A DNA stretch of 61,647 nucleotides, filler included. It is 8 parts of 8 records of this genome, joined end to end, with 100 filler letters (N's around TTAATTAATTAA, not from the genome) between each part and the next. Parts side by side here need not be neighbours in the genome. Positions count along the whole stretch, not along the records: positions 1 to 17,758 come from SRR20825010_3930; positions 17,859 to 21,514 come from SRR20825010_3940; 6 more parts are not named here. The stretch is one strand, 5' to 3'. The number at the start of each line of letters is the position of its first letter. The stretch's first letter is position 1. A program made the position numbers and the translations under genes. The notes beneath the pieces are model-generated. The model worked only from the letters and a program-made list of their open reading frames with translations, was not told the origin of the DNA and ran no database searches. Of the stretch, positions 9,536 through 20,017 are shown piece by piece.

Positions 9536-9548
9536 CGACCGGGGTTTT
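9517..9548 (+). terminator. Attenuator-like hairpin in the ileS leader
   Basis: CCCGGCGCTA-gagtct-TAGCG(A)CCGGG followed by GTTTT. Confidence 0.55.
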
Positions 9549-9637
9549 AAGTTTGTAAAGTATTTCCAGAATTCCAAAACATTTGTGCCGCCTATATTCC
9601 AGTTGTGAGCACCAGAAAAAGAGCGAGACACCAGACC

Positions 9638-12487
9638 ATGTCTGCTGATGAAAGCACCAAGCGCGATTATCGCGATACTGTCTTTTTGCCAAAAACAGAT
9701 TTCCCCATGCGCGCGGGCCTGCCGCAGCGCGAGCCAGAGTTTCTGAAACGTTGGGAGGTGGAAGACCTTTACGGCCAGTTGCGCGCCGACAGCAAGGGCC
9801 GCGAGAAGTTTGTGCTGCACGACGGCCCTCCTTACGCCAACGGCAATATCCATATCGGCCACGCCATGAACAAGACGCTCAAGGATGTGATCGTCAAATC
9901 GCAGCAGATGCAGGGCAAGGATGCGCCCTATGTGCCGGGCTGGGACTGTCATGGCCTGCCGATCGAATGGAAGATCGAAGAAAAATACCGCAAGAAAAAG
10001 AAAAACAAGGACGATGTGGACCCGGTTGAGTTCCGCAAGGAATGCCGTGCCTTTGCTGATGAATGGATCGACGTTCAGCGCGAAGAGTTCAAGCGCCTTG
10101 GTATCTTTGGTGACTGGGCCAACCCCTACCTGACGATGGATTTTGGCGCCGAAGCAAAAATCGTTGAAGAGCTTTTGAAGTTTTCAAGCTCCGGTGCGCT
10201 GTACCGTGGTTCCAAGCCGGTGATGTGGTCACCGATTGAGAAAACCGCGCTTGCGGAAGCGGAAGTGGAATATCACGACCACACCAGCGTGCAGATCGAT
10301 GTAGCATTCCCGTTTGTGAAATGCCCGCATGCGGACGCTGAGGGCGCACGCGTGGTGATCTGGACCACCACACCGTGGACAATCCCTGCCAACCGCGCCG
10401 TGTGTTATGGCCCCGATATCGACTATGTGGTGCTTGAGGTTGAGGGTGTGGCTGAAGGCGCATCGATCACAGTGGGTGATAAGCTCCTGATCGCGGAAAG
10501 CCTTGTGGCTGAGTTTGTTGCGCGCGCGAAAATTGAAGCCTTCAAGACTGTCAGCACATTCAAGGGCGCGGCGCTTGAGGGTGCTATCCTCGCGCACCCA
10601 TGGCATGGCCATGCGGATGCGGAAGGCGGATATGATTTTGAGGTGCCCATGCTGCCGGGTGACCACGTTACCACAGATGCGGGCACGGGTTTTGTGCACA
10701 CGGCCCCAGGCCATGGTGACGATGACTATCAGGTCGCCCACGTAAAATTTGGCATCGAGGTGCCTTTCACGGTGGATGAAGCCGGGTGTTATTACCCGCA
10801 CGTACCGCTTGTGGCAGGCCAGCATGTGTACAAGGTGGCTGATCAGGTTTGTGAACTGCTCACCGGCGCAAGCGCCCTGATGAGCCAGGGCAAGCTCACC
10901 CACTCATACCCGCACAGCTGGCGCTCCAAAGCGCCGCTTATTTTCCGCAACACGCCACAGTGGTTTATCTCGATGGAGAAAACCGGCCTGCGCGGCAAGG
11001 CGCTTGCGGGCATTGAAGCAACCAACTGGTTCCCGGCGGTATCCAAAAATCGTATCCGTGCCATGGTCGCCGACCGGCCTGACTGGGTTATCTCGCGCCA
11101 GCGGGCCTGGGGTGTGCCGATCACCGTGTTTGTGAATAAAACCACCGGCGAAGTGCTGCAGGACGAAGCCGTGAACGCGCGCATCGTCAGCGCGGTCAAG
11201 GAAGGCGGCGCCGACGCATGGGTTGCTATCCCGGCGCAGGACTTCCTTGGCGCTGACTATAGTGCAGACGACTATGAGCAGGTGTTCGATATTCTCGATG
11301 TCTGGTTTGATAGCGGCTGTACCCACGCTTTTGTTTGTGAAGCGCGGGACGACCTGCAATCACCAGCCGACCTCTACCTTGAAGGGTCTGACCAGCACCG
11401 GGGTTGGTTCCAGTCGAGCTTGTTAGAGAGCTGCGGCACACGCGGTGTTGCACCCTACAAGAATGTGCTGACCCACGGCTTCACCATGGATGGTGACGGT
11501 CGCAAGATGTCCAAGTCGCTTGGCAACACAGTCGCGCCGCAAAAAATCATCCAGCAGTATGGTGCTGATATCCTCCGTCTCTGGGTGGTGTCAGTGGACT
11601 ATATGGAAGATGTGCGCATCGGTGACCAGATCATCCAGGGCCAGGTTGATGCTTACCGCAAAATCCGTAACACCATGCGGTATCTCCTCGGTAACGTCGC
11701 GGGCTTCACGGAAGAAGAGCGCCTGCCAGCGGTTGAAATGCCGGAGCTGGAGCGTTTCATTCTGCACCGCTTGTCTGAGCTTGATACCCTGATCCGGGAC
11801 CGGGCCGCGAACTTCGACTTCAACCCGATTTTCCAGGCGCTTTACCAGTTCTGTATCGTTGAGCTTTCCGCCTTCTATTTCGATATCAGGAAAGACAGCC
11901 TGTATTGCGACGACGCGAGCAGCAATCGCCGCCGCGCGGTGCGCACGGTGCTTGATGAAGTGTTTAACCGCCTGACCACATGGTTTGCGCCCATCCTTGC
12001 TTTCACGGCAGAGGAAGTATGGCGTTCGCGCTTTGGTGAGGATGCGCCAAGCGTGCACCGCCAGCTGTGGCCTGAAACACCGGCTGACTGGCGCAATGAC
12101 GAGCTTGCGGAAAAATGGACCAAAATCCGCCGCCTTCGCCGGGTTGTTACTGGCGCGCTTGAGCTTGACCGCCGCGAAAAACGCATTGGCTCAAGCCTGC
12201 AGGCAGATGTCACCATCTATGTGGCAGATTACGCCTATGTTGAGGTTATGGCCGGGCTTGATATCGCTGAGCTGATGATCACCTCGAGCGCACGCCTTAT
12301 TGAGGCTGAAGCACCTGAGGGTGCTTTCACGCTTGAGGATGTGAAGGGCATTGCGGTGGTGAGCGCCGCGGCAAGCGGTGACAAGTGTGAGCGTTGCTGG
12401 GTTGTCTCCGAAGAGGTGACAGCGCACGGTGAGCTTTGCAACCGTTGCTCGGACACCGTGAACAAAAGCGACGAGGCAGCTGACTGA
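9638..12487 (+). CDS. ileS: Isoleucine--tRNA ligase
   Basis: [30 protein letters not shown] and C-terminal Zn finger; start set at ATG 9638. Confidence 0.99.
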   Translation: MSADESTKRDYRDTVFLPKTDFPMRAGLPQREPEFLKRWEVEDLYGQLRADSKGREKFVLHDGPPYANGNIHIGHAMNKTLKDVIVKSQQMQGKDAPYVPGWDCHGLPIEWKIEEKYRKKKKNKDDVDPVEFRKECRAFADEWIDVQREEFKRLGIFGDWANPYLTMDFGAEAKIVEELLKFSSSGALYRGSKPVMWSPIEKTALAEAEVEYHDHTSVQIDVAFPFVKCPHADAEGARVVIWTTTPWTIPANRAVCYGPDIDYVVLEVEGVAEGASITVGDKLLIAESLVAEFVARAKIEAFKTVSTFKGAALEGAILAHPWHGHADAEGGYDFEVPMLPGDHVTTDAGTGFVHTAPGHGDDDYQVAHVKFGIEVPFTVDEAGCYYPHVPLVAGQHVYKVADQVCELLTGASALMSQGKLTHSYPHSWRSKAPLIFRNTPQWFISMEKTGLRGKALAGIEATNWFPAVSKNRIRAMVADRPDWVISRQRAWGVPITVFVNKTTGEVLQDEAVNARIVSAVKEGGADAWVAIPAQDFLGADYSADDYEQVFDILDVWFDSGCTHAFVCEARDDLQSPADLYLEGSDQHRGWFQSSLLESCGTRGVAPYKNVLTHGFTMDGDGRKMSKSLGNTVAPQKIIQQYGADILRLWVVSVDYMEDVRIGDQIIQGQVDAYRKIRNTMRYLLGNVAGFTEEERLPAVEMPELERFILHRLSELDTLIRDRAANFDFNPIFQALYQFCIVELSAFYFDIRKDSLYCDDASSNRRRAVRTVLDEVFNRLTTWFAPILAFTAEEVWRSRFGEDAPSVHRQLWPETPADWRNDELAEKWTKIRRLRRVVTGALELDRREKRIGSSLQADVTIYVADYAYVEVMAGLDIAELMITSSARLIEAEAPEGAFTLEDVKGIAVVSAAASGDKCERCWVVSEEVTAHGELCNRCSDTVNKSDEAAD

Positions 12488-13023
12488 TGGCTCGGGGGCC
12501 TTATTTCCGCAATGGGCTTTTGCTGTCTGCCGCCATATTGGTGGCGGACCAGCTCAGCAAATGGTGGATCCTTGAGGGGCTCAAATTGCCAGAGAAGGGC
12601 AGCGTGCCGCTTCTGCCGTTCCTCAGTTTCTCCATGGTGTGGAACAAGGGCATTTCCATGGGCATCCCGGTTGGCGAATCGCTCGGCAAATGGGGCATTA
12701 TTATCCTCACCGGGGCGATCAGCCTGTGGCTTGTGAAATGGCTCTGGAAAACGGCACGGCGAGTTGAGGCATTATCGCTTTCCCTCATCCTTGGCGGGGC
12801 CATCGGTAACCTCATTGACCGCTTTATCCACGGTGCGGTGGTGGACTTTGTGCACCTTCATGCCATGGACTATAATTTTTATGTTTTTAATGTCGCTGAC
12901 AGTGCTATCACGGTCGGTGTGGCCATCTTGATCATTGATGGCTTGCGGGGGGAGGGCAAAAGCCCTAAAAATGCCCAAAAGGTCGCGGAAAGTTCGCGCG
13001 ACCCTGAAGGAGAGAGTTCATGA
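12487..13023 (+). CDS. lspA: Lipoprotein signal peptidase II
   Basis: NKGIS, GNLIDR, VVDF and FNVAD motifs; coupled to ileS. Confidence 0.97.
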   Translation: MARGPYFRNGLLLSAAILVADQLSKWWILEGLKLPEKGSVPLLPFLSFSMVWNKGISMGIPVGESLGKWGIIILTGAISLWLVKWLWKTARRVEALSLSLILGGAIGNLIDRFIHGAVVDFVHLHAMDYNFYVFNVADSAITVGVAILIIDGLRGEGKSPKNAQKVAESSRDPEGESS

Positions 13024-13445
13024 ACGTCAAGCCTATCGCGCTTGTTCTTATTGCGGGCCTGTCGCTCGCCGCGTGCGGATCGAATAAAAACAGCCCTAAC
13101 GAATTTGATGTCGTTAGCCGGGCCCCGCTTGTGGTACCGCCTGAGGCAGACCTTTCGCCGCCACGGCCAGGTGAGCCAAACGCGCAATCCATTGACCCAG
13201 GTCGTCAAGCTTATGAAGCACTGTTCCCTGGCAAAGAGTTGAAGCGCACTGAGCCAAAGAGCAAAAGCGAGAACGAACTGCTGTCTCGTCTTGGCCGGTC
13301 TGATCCGGATGTACGTTCAAACGTTGGCCAGAAAGAGCTGGACGTTGTGAAAAAGGCGCTTCTGATGGCTGACCTTCTGGATGCAGACGAACGCCAGTAC
13401 CGCACAGACAATGTCTCCATTGAGCGGGTATCGTCTGGCAGCTAA
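13020..13445 (+). CDS. DUF3035-family lipoprotein
   Basis: Lipobox LAAC and PNEFDVVSRAPLVVPP motif; follows lspA. Confidence 0.85.
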   Translation: MNVKPIALVLIAGLSLAACGSNKNSPNEFDVVSRAPLVVPPEADLSPPRPGEPNAQSIDPGRQAYEALFPGKELKRTEPKSKSENELLSRLGRSDPDVRSNVGQKELDVVKKALLMADLLDADERQYRTDNVSIERVSSGS

Positions 13446-13467
13446 GCGCCGAACCTGTTGAACACAA

Positions 13468-13498
13468 AAAAAGCCGCCTGAAATTCGGGCGGCTTTTT
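13468..13498. terminator. Bidirectional terminator hairpin, copy 1
   Basis: AAAAAGCCGCCTGAAATTCGGGCGGCTTTTT. Confidence 0.85.
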
Positions 13499-13564
13499 GT
13501 TTGGCTGTTGCGGTTCTTGCTTTAGTATAATGATACATATCTACATTGGGGCAGGGGGGTAAGG

Positions 13565-14374
13565 ATGGCAGCAGAGATAGTTAAATGCCTACCCGAGCTA
13601 ATTCAGAGGGTCCAAGAGCATACGAAGACTTGGAAAAGAGATGGCTTTATTAAGCCATGGTTTCGTGGCGTGTCATCTGCTGAGAAGCATAAATTACTCC
13701 CGTCGATCTATCGGTACGAGCGAGGACTAAATCGAGAATTTGATCTCACAAAGAAGTTTAGATTGATGGCGCCTGGATTCGGAAAAACACCGGAAACCGG
13801 GCGAATTGATCAATGGCTTTTCCTCATGCAACATCATGGTGTTCCAACTAGGCTTCTGGACTGGACAGAGAGTCCCTTGGTTGCAGCTTTTTTTGCGACA
13901 AATACGGGGCGTCGGCTGGCAGGGCCAGAAGAAGATGCTGCAATATTTGTGATTGATCCACACGCTCTCAACAGTATGGCGGGAATGAATAGTGAAGACG
14001 CGGCTAACTTTCCAAATACTTGGGTTCAAAGCAGAACTCTACAGACCATTAAGCTAGCTTTTGGAACGGAAACGGATCAGGCGCACAAGGGCATATACCC
14101 GTTTGAGAACCCCGTAGCTATATATCCGTCAACTATCCATTCCAGAATGCCCTCTCAAAAGAGTTGCTTCACGCTACACGGCAAAAATCCGAATGATATA
14201 GGAACAATACTGAACTATGACAGTGAAGTGCTGCTGAAGTTTGTTATTCCAAAGGACTATATTGCAAGCTTAGCGAGGGAACTGCAAGAGATGGGTGTGA
14301 CAAACTCGATGTTGTTCCCTGATTTCGATGGATTGGCGAGAGAACTGAAAGTGGGTTTCGGGATGTTGGAATAG
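13565..14374 (+). CDS. FRG-domain protein
   Basis: WFRG, LLPSIYR, MQHHGVPTRLLDWTESPLVAAFFA, RMPSQKSCF and LFPDFDG motifs. Confidence 0.92.
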   Translation: MAAEIVKCLPELIQRVQEHTKTWKRDGFIKPWFRGVSSAEKHKLLPSIYRYERGLNREFDLTKKFRLMAPGFGKTPETGRIDQWLFLMQHHGVPTRLLDWTESPLVAAFFATNTGRRLAGPEEDAAIFVIDPHALNSMAGMNSEDAANFPNTWVQSRTLQTIKLAFGTETDQAHKGIYPFENPVAIYPSTIHSRMPSQKSCFTLHGKNPNDIGTILNYDSEVLLKFVIPKDYIASLARELQEMGVTNSMLFPDFDGLARELKVGFGMLE

Positions 14375-14389
14375 ATCCGGTGTTTATCT

Positions 14390-14420
14390 AAAAAGCCGCC
14401 CGAAGTTCGGGCGGCTTTTT
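14390..14420. terminator. Bidirectional terminator hairpin, copy 2
   Basis: AAAAAGCCGCCCGAAGTTCGGGCGGCTTTTT. Confidence 0.85.
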
Positions 14421-14435
14421 TATAGCTGATCAGCC

Positions 14436-14969
14436 TTAAGGCAGACGCTTCTCATACTCGGCCTCAAGCGGCATATAGGTGGTCCAGAAGGGGGGCGGGG
14501 TTTTGCCTTCAAGCACACTGAACATGATGCTGATATGGGCGTGCCAGCCGCCGGCAACACCAACCATGGTGGTACGGTTCGGCAGCTTGCGGTGGGTCAC
14601 TGTAAGCTGGGTCATGTCGCCTTTGGCTTCCAGCTCAAATGTAACTTCCGAATCCGGTGCTTCACCTTCTGCCCAGCTGTAGGCCAATAGGCGCGGTGGG
14701 TCGATAGCGGTGATGTGCCCGAGCATCCTGCTTTCGCCGCAGTATTTCTCGTATTTTTCCGGCACGGTTTCAGGCGTGGGCGACAGCGTGGCATGATCAA
14801 AGATATTTTCTACTTCTCCGCCAACGCGCAGGTCCATCTTGCCACGCGCGAGCCAGGTGCCGCGTTTGTCGCTTTCGGTTAGAAATGCCCACACGCGCTC
14901 AACCGACGCAGGCAATAGCCGCTCAAGTGTTACCTCGCCGGGGCCGATATATTGAGCGAAATCATCCAT
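14436..14969 (-). CDS. SRPBCC/AHSA1-family protein
   Basis: LERLLPASVERVWAFLT, DPPRLLAYSW and GWHAH motifs; start MDDF with GGAG RBS. Confidence 0.88.
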   Translation of the reverse strand: MDDFAQYIGPGEVTLERLLPASVERVWAFLTESDKRGTWLARGKMDLRVGGEVENIFDHATLSPTPETVPEKYEKYCGESRMLGHITAIDPPRLLAYSWAEGEAPDSEVTFELEAKGDMTQLTVTHRKLPNRTTMVGVAGGWHAHISIMFSVLEGKTPPPFWTTYMPLEAEYEKRLP

Positions 14970-15010
14970 TGAACTCTCCTCTCGTGTCGTGATTCTGACG
15001 TGGGTTTTGC

Positions 15011-15442
15011 TTACAAGAACGTGGCCAGGCGTTGGAGCATCTTGGTCCAACCCTCTTGTGTGCGCTCGGTATATTCTTCGTATTCTGCTGCCATGGTGTG
15101 CGTCAGCGTCAGTATGCACCCTTCAGCCGTTGGGGATATCTCTACCATGACGATGTCAGGTTTGGGGTTGAAGGCGGGCAGGCAGAAACTGAATACAATG
15201 CGCGTTGGGCGGGTGATCTCCAGATATTCCCCTACATGCTCAACTTCCTGCCCATCGCGGTTGTCGGTGAAGCGAAAGCCGCCACCCACGCGTGGGTCCA
15301 GCTCCGCCACGACCATGTCGCCTCCGTCGGTTGCGAAAAACCACTTCCGGGCCAGCTTGATATCCAGCCAGGCGTCGAACACTCGTTCAGCCGGCAGCTT
15401 GAAGGCATGGGTGACGATTACCGTCAGCGTTTTTTGTGTCAT
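15011..15442 (-). CDS. SRPBCC/AHSA1-family protein
   Basis: AERVFDAW, DPRVGGGF, GEYLEI and EGWTKML motifs. Confidence 0.88.
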   Translation of the reverse strand: MTQKTLTVIVTHAFKLPAERVFDAWLDIKLARKWFFATDGGDMVVAELDPRVGGGFRFTDNRDGQEVEHVGEYLEITRPTRIVFSFCLPAFNPKPDIVMVEISPTAEGCILTLTHTMAAEYEEYTERTQEGWTKMLQRLATFL

Positions 15443-15789
15443 TGGCTGTTCTCCGTGCCTTCAACATTTGCCATAAGCGCTTCTTCCAGCGCGTCGAGGC
15501 GACCGGTCCAGAACCGGGTGTAATAGTCCATCCAGGCATGGGCTTCAGCCATGGCTTTGGCATTCAGATGGCAGTAATGCGTTCGGCCTTTCACCTCGCG
15601 CCGCACAAGGCCCGCTGTTTCCAGCTTTTTGATGTGCTTTGAGGCGGCGGCGAGCGACATGGCGTAAGGCTCTGCCAGCTCGCTCACGGTTTTTTCGCCG
15701 AGGGAAAGCTTGGCCAACATGCCGCGGCGCGTGGGGTCCGCAAGCGCTGAGAAGGTGGCGTCAAGCCGATCTGATATATATTTAACCAT
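15439..15789 (-). CDS. ArsR/SmtB-family regulator
   Basis: FSALADPTRR, VSELAEP and SKHIKKLETAGLV motifs; start MVKY. Confidence 0.9.
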   Translation of the reverse strand: MVKYISDRLDATFSALADPTRRGMLAKLSLGEKTVSELAEPYAMSLAAASKHIKKLETAGLVRREVKGRTHYCHLNAKAMAEAHAWMDYYTRFWTGRLDALEEALMANVEGTENSQ

Positions 15790-15836
15790 GTGGTTTAATA
15801 TAAGGACGAGAATCAAATAGTCAACCATTTGGTTAA
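15782..15836. promoter_or_regulatory. Two palindromic operators, probable ArsR autoregulation
   Basis: AACCATGTGGTT over the start codon and AACCATTTGGTT about 40 nt upstream. Confidence 0.65.
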
Positions 15837-15910
15837 ATAAAAATGAGAAACTTGTGATCGCATGCCGCGCCATCTTTCTCAGGGGCAAAAAGCCTGCTAG
15901 GTTCGCGCCT

Positions 15911-17758
15911 ATGACAAGCCAAAACAGACACGACCTACCCACCACTGCGGGAATCATTCGCCTGTTGTCTGAGCGTACCATCAACCGTATCGCCGCAGGC
16001 GAGGTGGTGGAACGCCCTGCCAGCGCTGTGAAGGAAATCGTTGAAAATTCGGTCGATGCCGGTGCCACCCGCATTGACGTGGTGATGCGGGACGGTGGCC
16101 GTGCGCTCATTCAGGTAACAGATGACGGGCGCGGCATGGACGCGGATGAAATCTCGCTCGCGGTTGAGCGGCACGCTACATCCAAGCTCACAGATGAAGA
16201 CCTTGTGAACATCGCGTCCCTTGGTTTCCGTGGCGAAGCGCTGGCGTCTATCGGTGCTGTGGCGCGGCTGAGCGTTACCTCGCGCCCTCGTGGCTCTGAT
16301 GACGCCTGGGCGGTGCGGGTTGAAGGCGGCAAAAAATCTGCCGTTGAACCTGCGGCCTTTGGCGAGGGTACGCGCGTTGAGGTGCGCGACCTGTTTTATG
16401 CCACACCGGCACGGCTCAAGTTCATGAAAACAGCGCGCACGGAATATGGCCAGGCGGCGGACGTGATGAAACGCCTTGCCATGGCGCATCCGGATATTGC
16501 CTTCACCCTATCCGACGGCGACCGCACCACCTTCCGGGCGCCATCTGTGGCGAGCCTGACGGGGGACGCGCGGCTTGAGCGGCTGGGTGCCATATTGGGG
16601 CGTGAGTTCCGCGAAAATGCGATTGAGATAGATGCGGAGCGTGAGGGCTTGAAGCTCACCGGTTTTGCCGGGCTGCCCACCTATTCACGCGGCAATGCCA
16701 TGCAGCAGTTCCTGTTCGTGAACGGCAGGCCGGTGAAGGATAAACTTCTGACCGGCGCGGTGCGCGGTGCGTATCAGGACTATCTGGCGCGGGACAGGCA
16801 CCCGGTGTTGGCGCTGTTTCTTGACGTGCCGCCCGAGTTTGTGGATGTGAACGTGCACCCCGCCAAAGCTGAGGTGCGTTTCAAGGATGCGGGCCTTGTG
16901 CGTGGGCTTATTGTCTCTGCGCTCCGTCACGGGCTTGGCATGGCCGGGCACCGGGCCTCCACCACGGTGGCGAGCGCTGCCCTGGGTGCCGCACGGCCGG
17001 AAGGCAGCGCAAGCCTGCCGTGGGGTCGCCCGCATGAGCGGCCAAACCTGCCGCAAGGGTTCTCTGATGTGGTGCGGGATATGTATGCCCCGCATGAAGG
17101 CAGTGGTTTTCGTGTGCAGGAAGATGCGCAGATGGCGTTTGAGCGGCGGGGCGATATGGCCATGCCGTCCGCCCGCGCACCCGAAGCACCGCTTGCCTCA
17201 TTGCCGCAACAGCCCGCACCCAGCGAATATCCGCTCGGCACCGCGCGGGGCCAAGTGCACGCCACCTATATCGTGAGCCAGACAGCAGACGGTATCGTGA
17301 TCGTGGACCAGCACGCCGCGCACGAACGGCTGGTGTATGAGCGCATGAAAAAACAGATCGCCGCCACCGGTGTGGCGCGGCAAAGCCTGTTGCTGCCCGA
17401 AGTGGTGGAGCTTGAAGATGGCCCCGCTGAGCGCCTTATCGCCCGCACGGAAGAACTTGCGGGCCTTGGCCTGATCATTGAGCCCTTTGGTGAAGGGGCG
17501 GTGATGGTGCGCGAAGTACCCGCCATGCTGGGCAAAATGGATGTGCAGGGCCTGGTGCGTGATCTGGCGGATGAGCTCACTGAGCTTGATGAGGCCCTCA
17601 GCCTCAAGGAACGGCTTGAGGAAGTGTGCGGCACCATGGCCTGCCATGGCAGCGTGCGCGCGGGCAGGCGACTAACGGTGGATGAGATGAACGCACTACT
17701 CAGGGAAATGGAAGCAACGCCCCACTCAGGCCAGTGCAACCATGGCCGCCCCACCTAT
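15911..17758 (+). CDS. mutL: DNA mismatch repair protein MutL (3' end cut by spacer)
   Basis: [25 protein letters not shown] and CNHGRPT motifs. Confidence 0.98.
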
Positions 17759-17858
17759 NNNNNNNNNNNNNNNNNNNNNNNNNNNNNNNNNNNNNNNNNN
17801 NNTTAATTAATTAANNNNNNNNNNNNNNNNNNNNNNNNNNNNNNNNNNNNNNNNNNNN

Positions 17859-18176
17859 GATGTCATGGCAACCTTGCTGGCACTGACCGTGAAGGCTGTT
17901 AAATCGAGTTTGCCCTTGCATGTTGAACAGGTTTACGTGTGCGGGGGCGGTTCGAGAAACAGTACTTTGATGGCCCAGCTAAAAGACAGCTGCGCACCCG
18001 TTGATTTTCTGCCCATCGAGAACCTCGGTTTGCCCTCACAAGCTGTTGAAGCTGCTGCATTCGCATGGTTGGCCATGCAGAATGTTTTGGGAAAAACCGG
18101 GAATTGCCCATCGGTGACCGGTGCGCGGCAAGACGCCGTGCTTGGCGCATTGCATCGCGGTGACTCAGGTCGATAG
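17859..18176 (+). CDS. anmK: Anhydro-N-acetylmuramic acid kinase, 3' fragment
   Basis: VCGGGSRN, VEAAAFAWLA and PSVTGA motifs. Confidence 0.9.
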   Translation, partial: DVMATLLALTVKAVKSSLPLHVEQVYVCGGGSRNSTLMAQLKDSCAPVDFLPIENLGLPSQAVEAAAFAWLAMQNVLGKTGNCPSVTGARQDAVLGALHRGDSGR

Positions 18177-19970
18177 CATTGGGTTTTTGACTGCTTTTTT
18201 GTTGCCGATGTCCGCTTGAACCACGGCGCTTTGGCTGCTTGACTCTTTTTCCCTGCAAGGGAACAGCTCCGAAATAATTTGCAGGCTGTTTTCCTTTCGG
18301 TTGGGGTCAATTGGAATTTGAATCATTTCCCGGCTGAATTCAACTTGGGGGTTACTTTCCTCAATGGCGTTGTATATCAGAATGCAGCAGGGCTGGTAAT
18401 CCAGCAATGATCCCAGAAGCTTGAGTCGATTGATCGCATTTTCTTTTTGGCCTGCTTCGCCTGAATACAATATGTACACTGGCGACATCCCTTTACGAAG
18501 GGCTGTCAGATATGCGCGGTACGCCCCATTCAAGTTAAAGTCGACTTTGTCAAAGCCTTTGATGGGCAAGCAACGTTGAATTTCTAGAAGGTGTTCATGG
18601 CTCATGGCCATCACTTGCGCTTCAAATATTGTTTGCATCCCGGTGCTGGGTAGTTTCCAGTGGTGTGATGCTTCGCCTTCACCAGGCAGGATGACCTCAA
18701 AAACTGAACCAGCCAAGCGCCCGTTGTAATATCGGTTTCGGCATTCGGTTTTTGCAAGTATCTGTTCACTGAGATCCCGAACAATGTTGGCGCCATGCCC
18801 CCAGCCTTTGTTGTGAGCTGCCACCTTGTTGTTCTCAACACCAGATCCGGTGTCCGCAATCTGAATGCAAGCCTGACCATTTCTTCGCCTCAGGCCCACT
18901 ACCACTCCACCCTTGGGTGTGTATTTGATCGCATTGTCCAAACCGTTTCGAATAATTTTGGACAGTAGCTCTTTGTTGCTTAGTACTGTCAGATTGCTGG
19001 GCACATAGCGGATTTGGAGTTCCTTGACATCGGCCAGCATTCGGTATTCTTCAATCAGTGGGCTGAGCACTTCATCTATGGATATTTTTCGCAGTTGGGC
19101 TGTGTTTTCCTCAACCGGGTATCGAATCGCGCTGGCAAGTTGATCGAAAAACTCTTCGAGCATGTTTTTCAACGCTTTTTGGGCAGTTTGAATGTGCTGG
19201 TATCTGGCAGTGACTTCCGGGTCTTTTGAAATTGCTTTGCCCACGCTGGCCAGAATACCCAAGGTACTTAAAGGCTGCCGAAGGTCGTGTCGGAAGTCTT
19301 TCAATACACGTCGCCCACGGAATGCGAGTTTCATCAAATCCTGATCAACCTTGGTTTGTTCGTCCCAGCCCTTCTTGGTGCGTGTTCTGGAAAAGTCTTG
19401 AAAGCACATGTGAAACAGACATGAGAAAAGCAGCAGACTGTATAAAATGACGGTCCACGACAGATCTGGCTGCCAGGCGGTGGGTGCCGCCGAATTGATG
19501 TGGATTAATCCATTGACTGCACAAAATACCAAGCTAAAGTAAGTGGCCTTGATAAATGTCACTTTGTGCAGGTTGTTGTAAGTTCTTGTGATTGCAAGCA
19601 GGCATATGCATTGAACCACGGTCAGGAACAATTGTGCGCTGATTAAGGTGATCAACACATTGGCTATCGCGGCAAAAATCCCGATGCCAAACGGTATAAG
19701 TGCCGACCTTTCGGCACCCTCATCACCCAGTTTTCTACCCAGAAAGCCGCTTGCAAAAAACAGGAATGCCAGCAACTGCAATGCTGCATACTGAGGCGTA
19801 CCCTGCGCAATTTCCGGGATTGTTTCGCGGCCAAATACGATAAATCCGAGCGCTACCACACCGATAACTGCAGAAGCATTTTGCCGTTGATTTGGCAAAT
19901 GATTTGCAAAAAACGGGTATAAAGCAATCCCCAATAAAACCGCAAGTACTGTGAATGAACTGAAGGTCAT
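18165..19970 (-). CDS. Membrane sensor histidine kinase (atypical)
   Basis: About six TM helices, H-box HDLRQPL, N-box NAIKYT, DTGSG and variant G2 GWGHG. Confidence 0.85.
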   Translation of the reverse strand: MTFSSFTVLAVLLGIALYPFFANHLPNQRQNASAVIGVVALGFIVFGRETIPEIAQGTPQYAALQLLAFLFFASGFLGRKLGDEGAERSALIPFGIGIFAAIANVLITLISAQLFLTVVQCICLLAITRTYNNLHKVTFIKATYFSLVFCAVNGLIHINSAAPTAWQPDLSWTVILYSLLLFSCLFHMCFQDFSRTRTKKGWDEQTKVDQDLMKLAFRGRRVLKDFRHDLRQPLSTLGILASVGKAISKDPEVTARYQHIQTAQKALKNMLEEFFDQLASAIRYPVEENTAQLRKISIDEVLSPLIEEYRMLADVKELQIRYVPSNLTVLSNKELLSKIIRNGLDNAIKYTPKGGVVVGLRRRNGQACIQIADTGSGVENNKVAAHNKGWGHGANIVRDLSEQILAKTECRNRYYNGRLAGSVFEVILPGEGEASHHWKLPSTGMQTIFEAQVMAMSHEHLLEIQRCLPIKGFDKVDFNLNGAYRAYLTALRKGMSPVYILYSGEAGQKENAINRLKLLGSLLDYQPCCILIYNAIEESNPQVEFSREMIQIPIDPNRKENSLQIISELFPCREKESSSQSAVVQADIGNKKAVKNPMLST

Positions 19971-20017
19971 TGAATTTTTATATTGACCGCCAACATCGAG
20001 GTTGACGGTTGGGTTGT

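Noticed and set aside
17759-17858. N-runs with TTAATTAATTAA, seven copies
   Set aside because: Artificial 100-nt contig spacers with stops in all frames; not biological repeats or a CRISPR array
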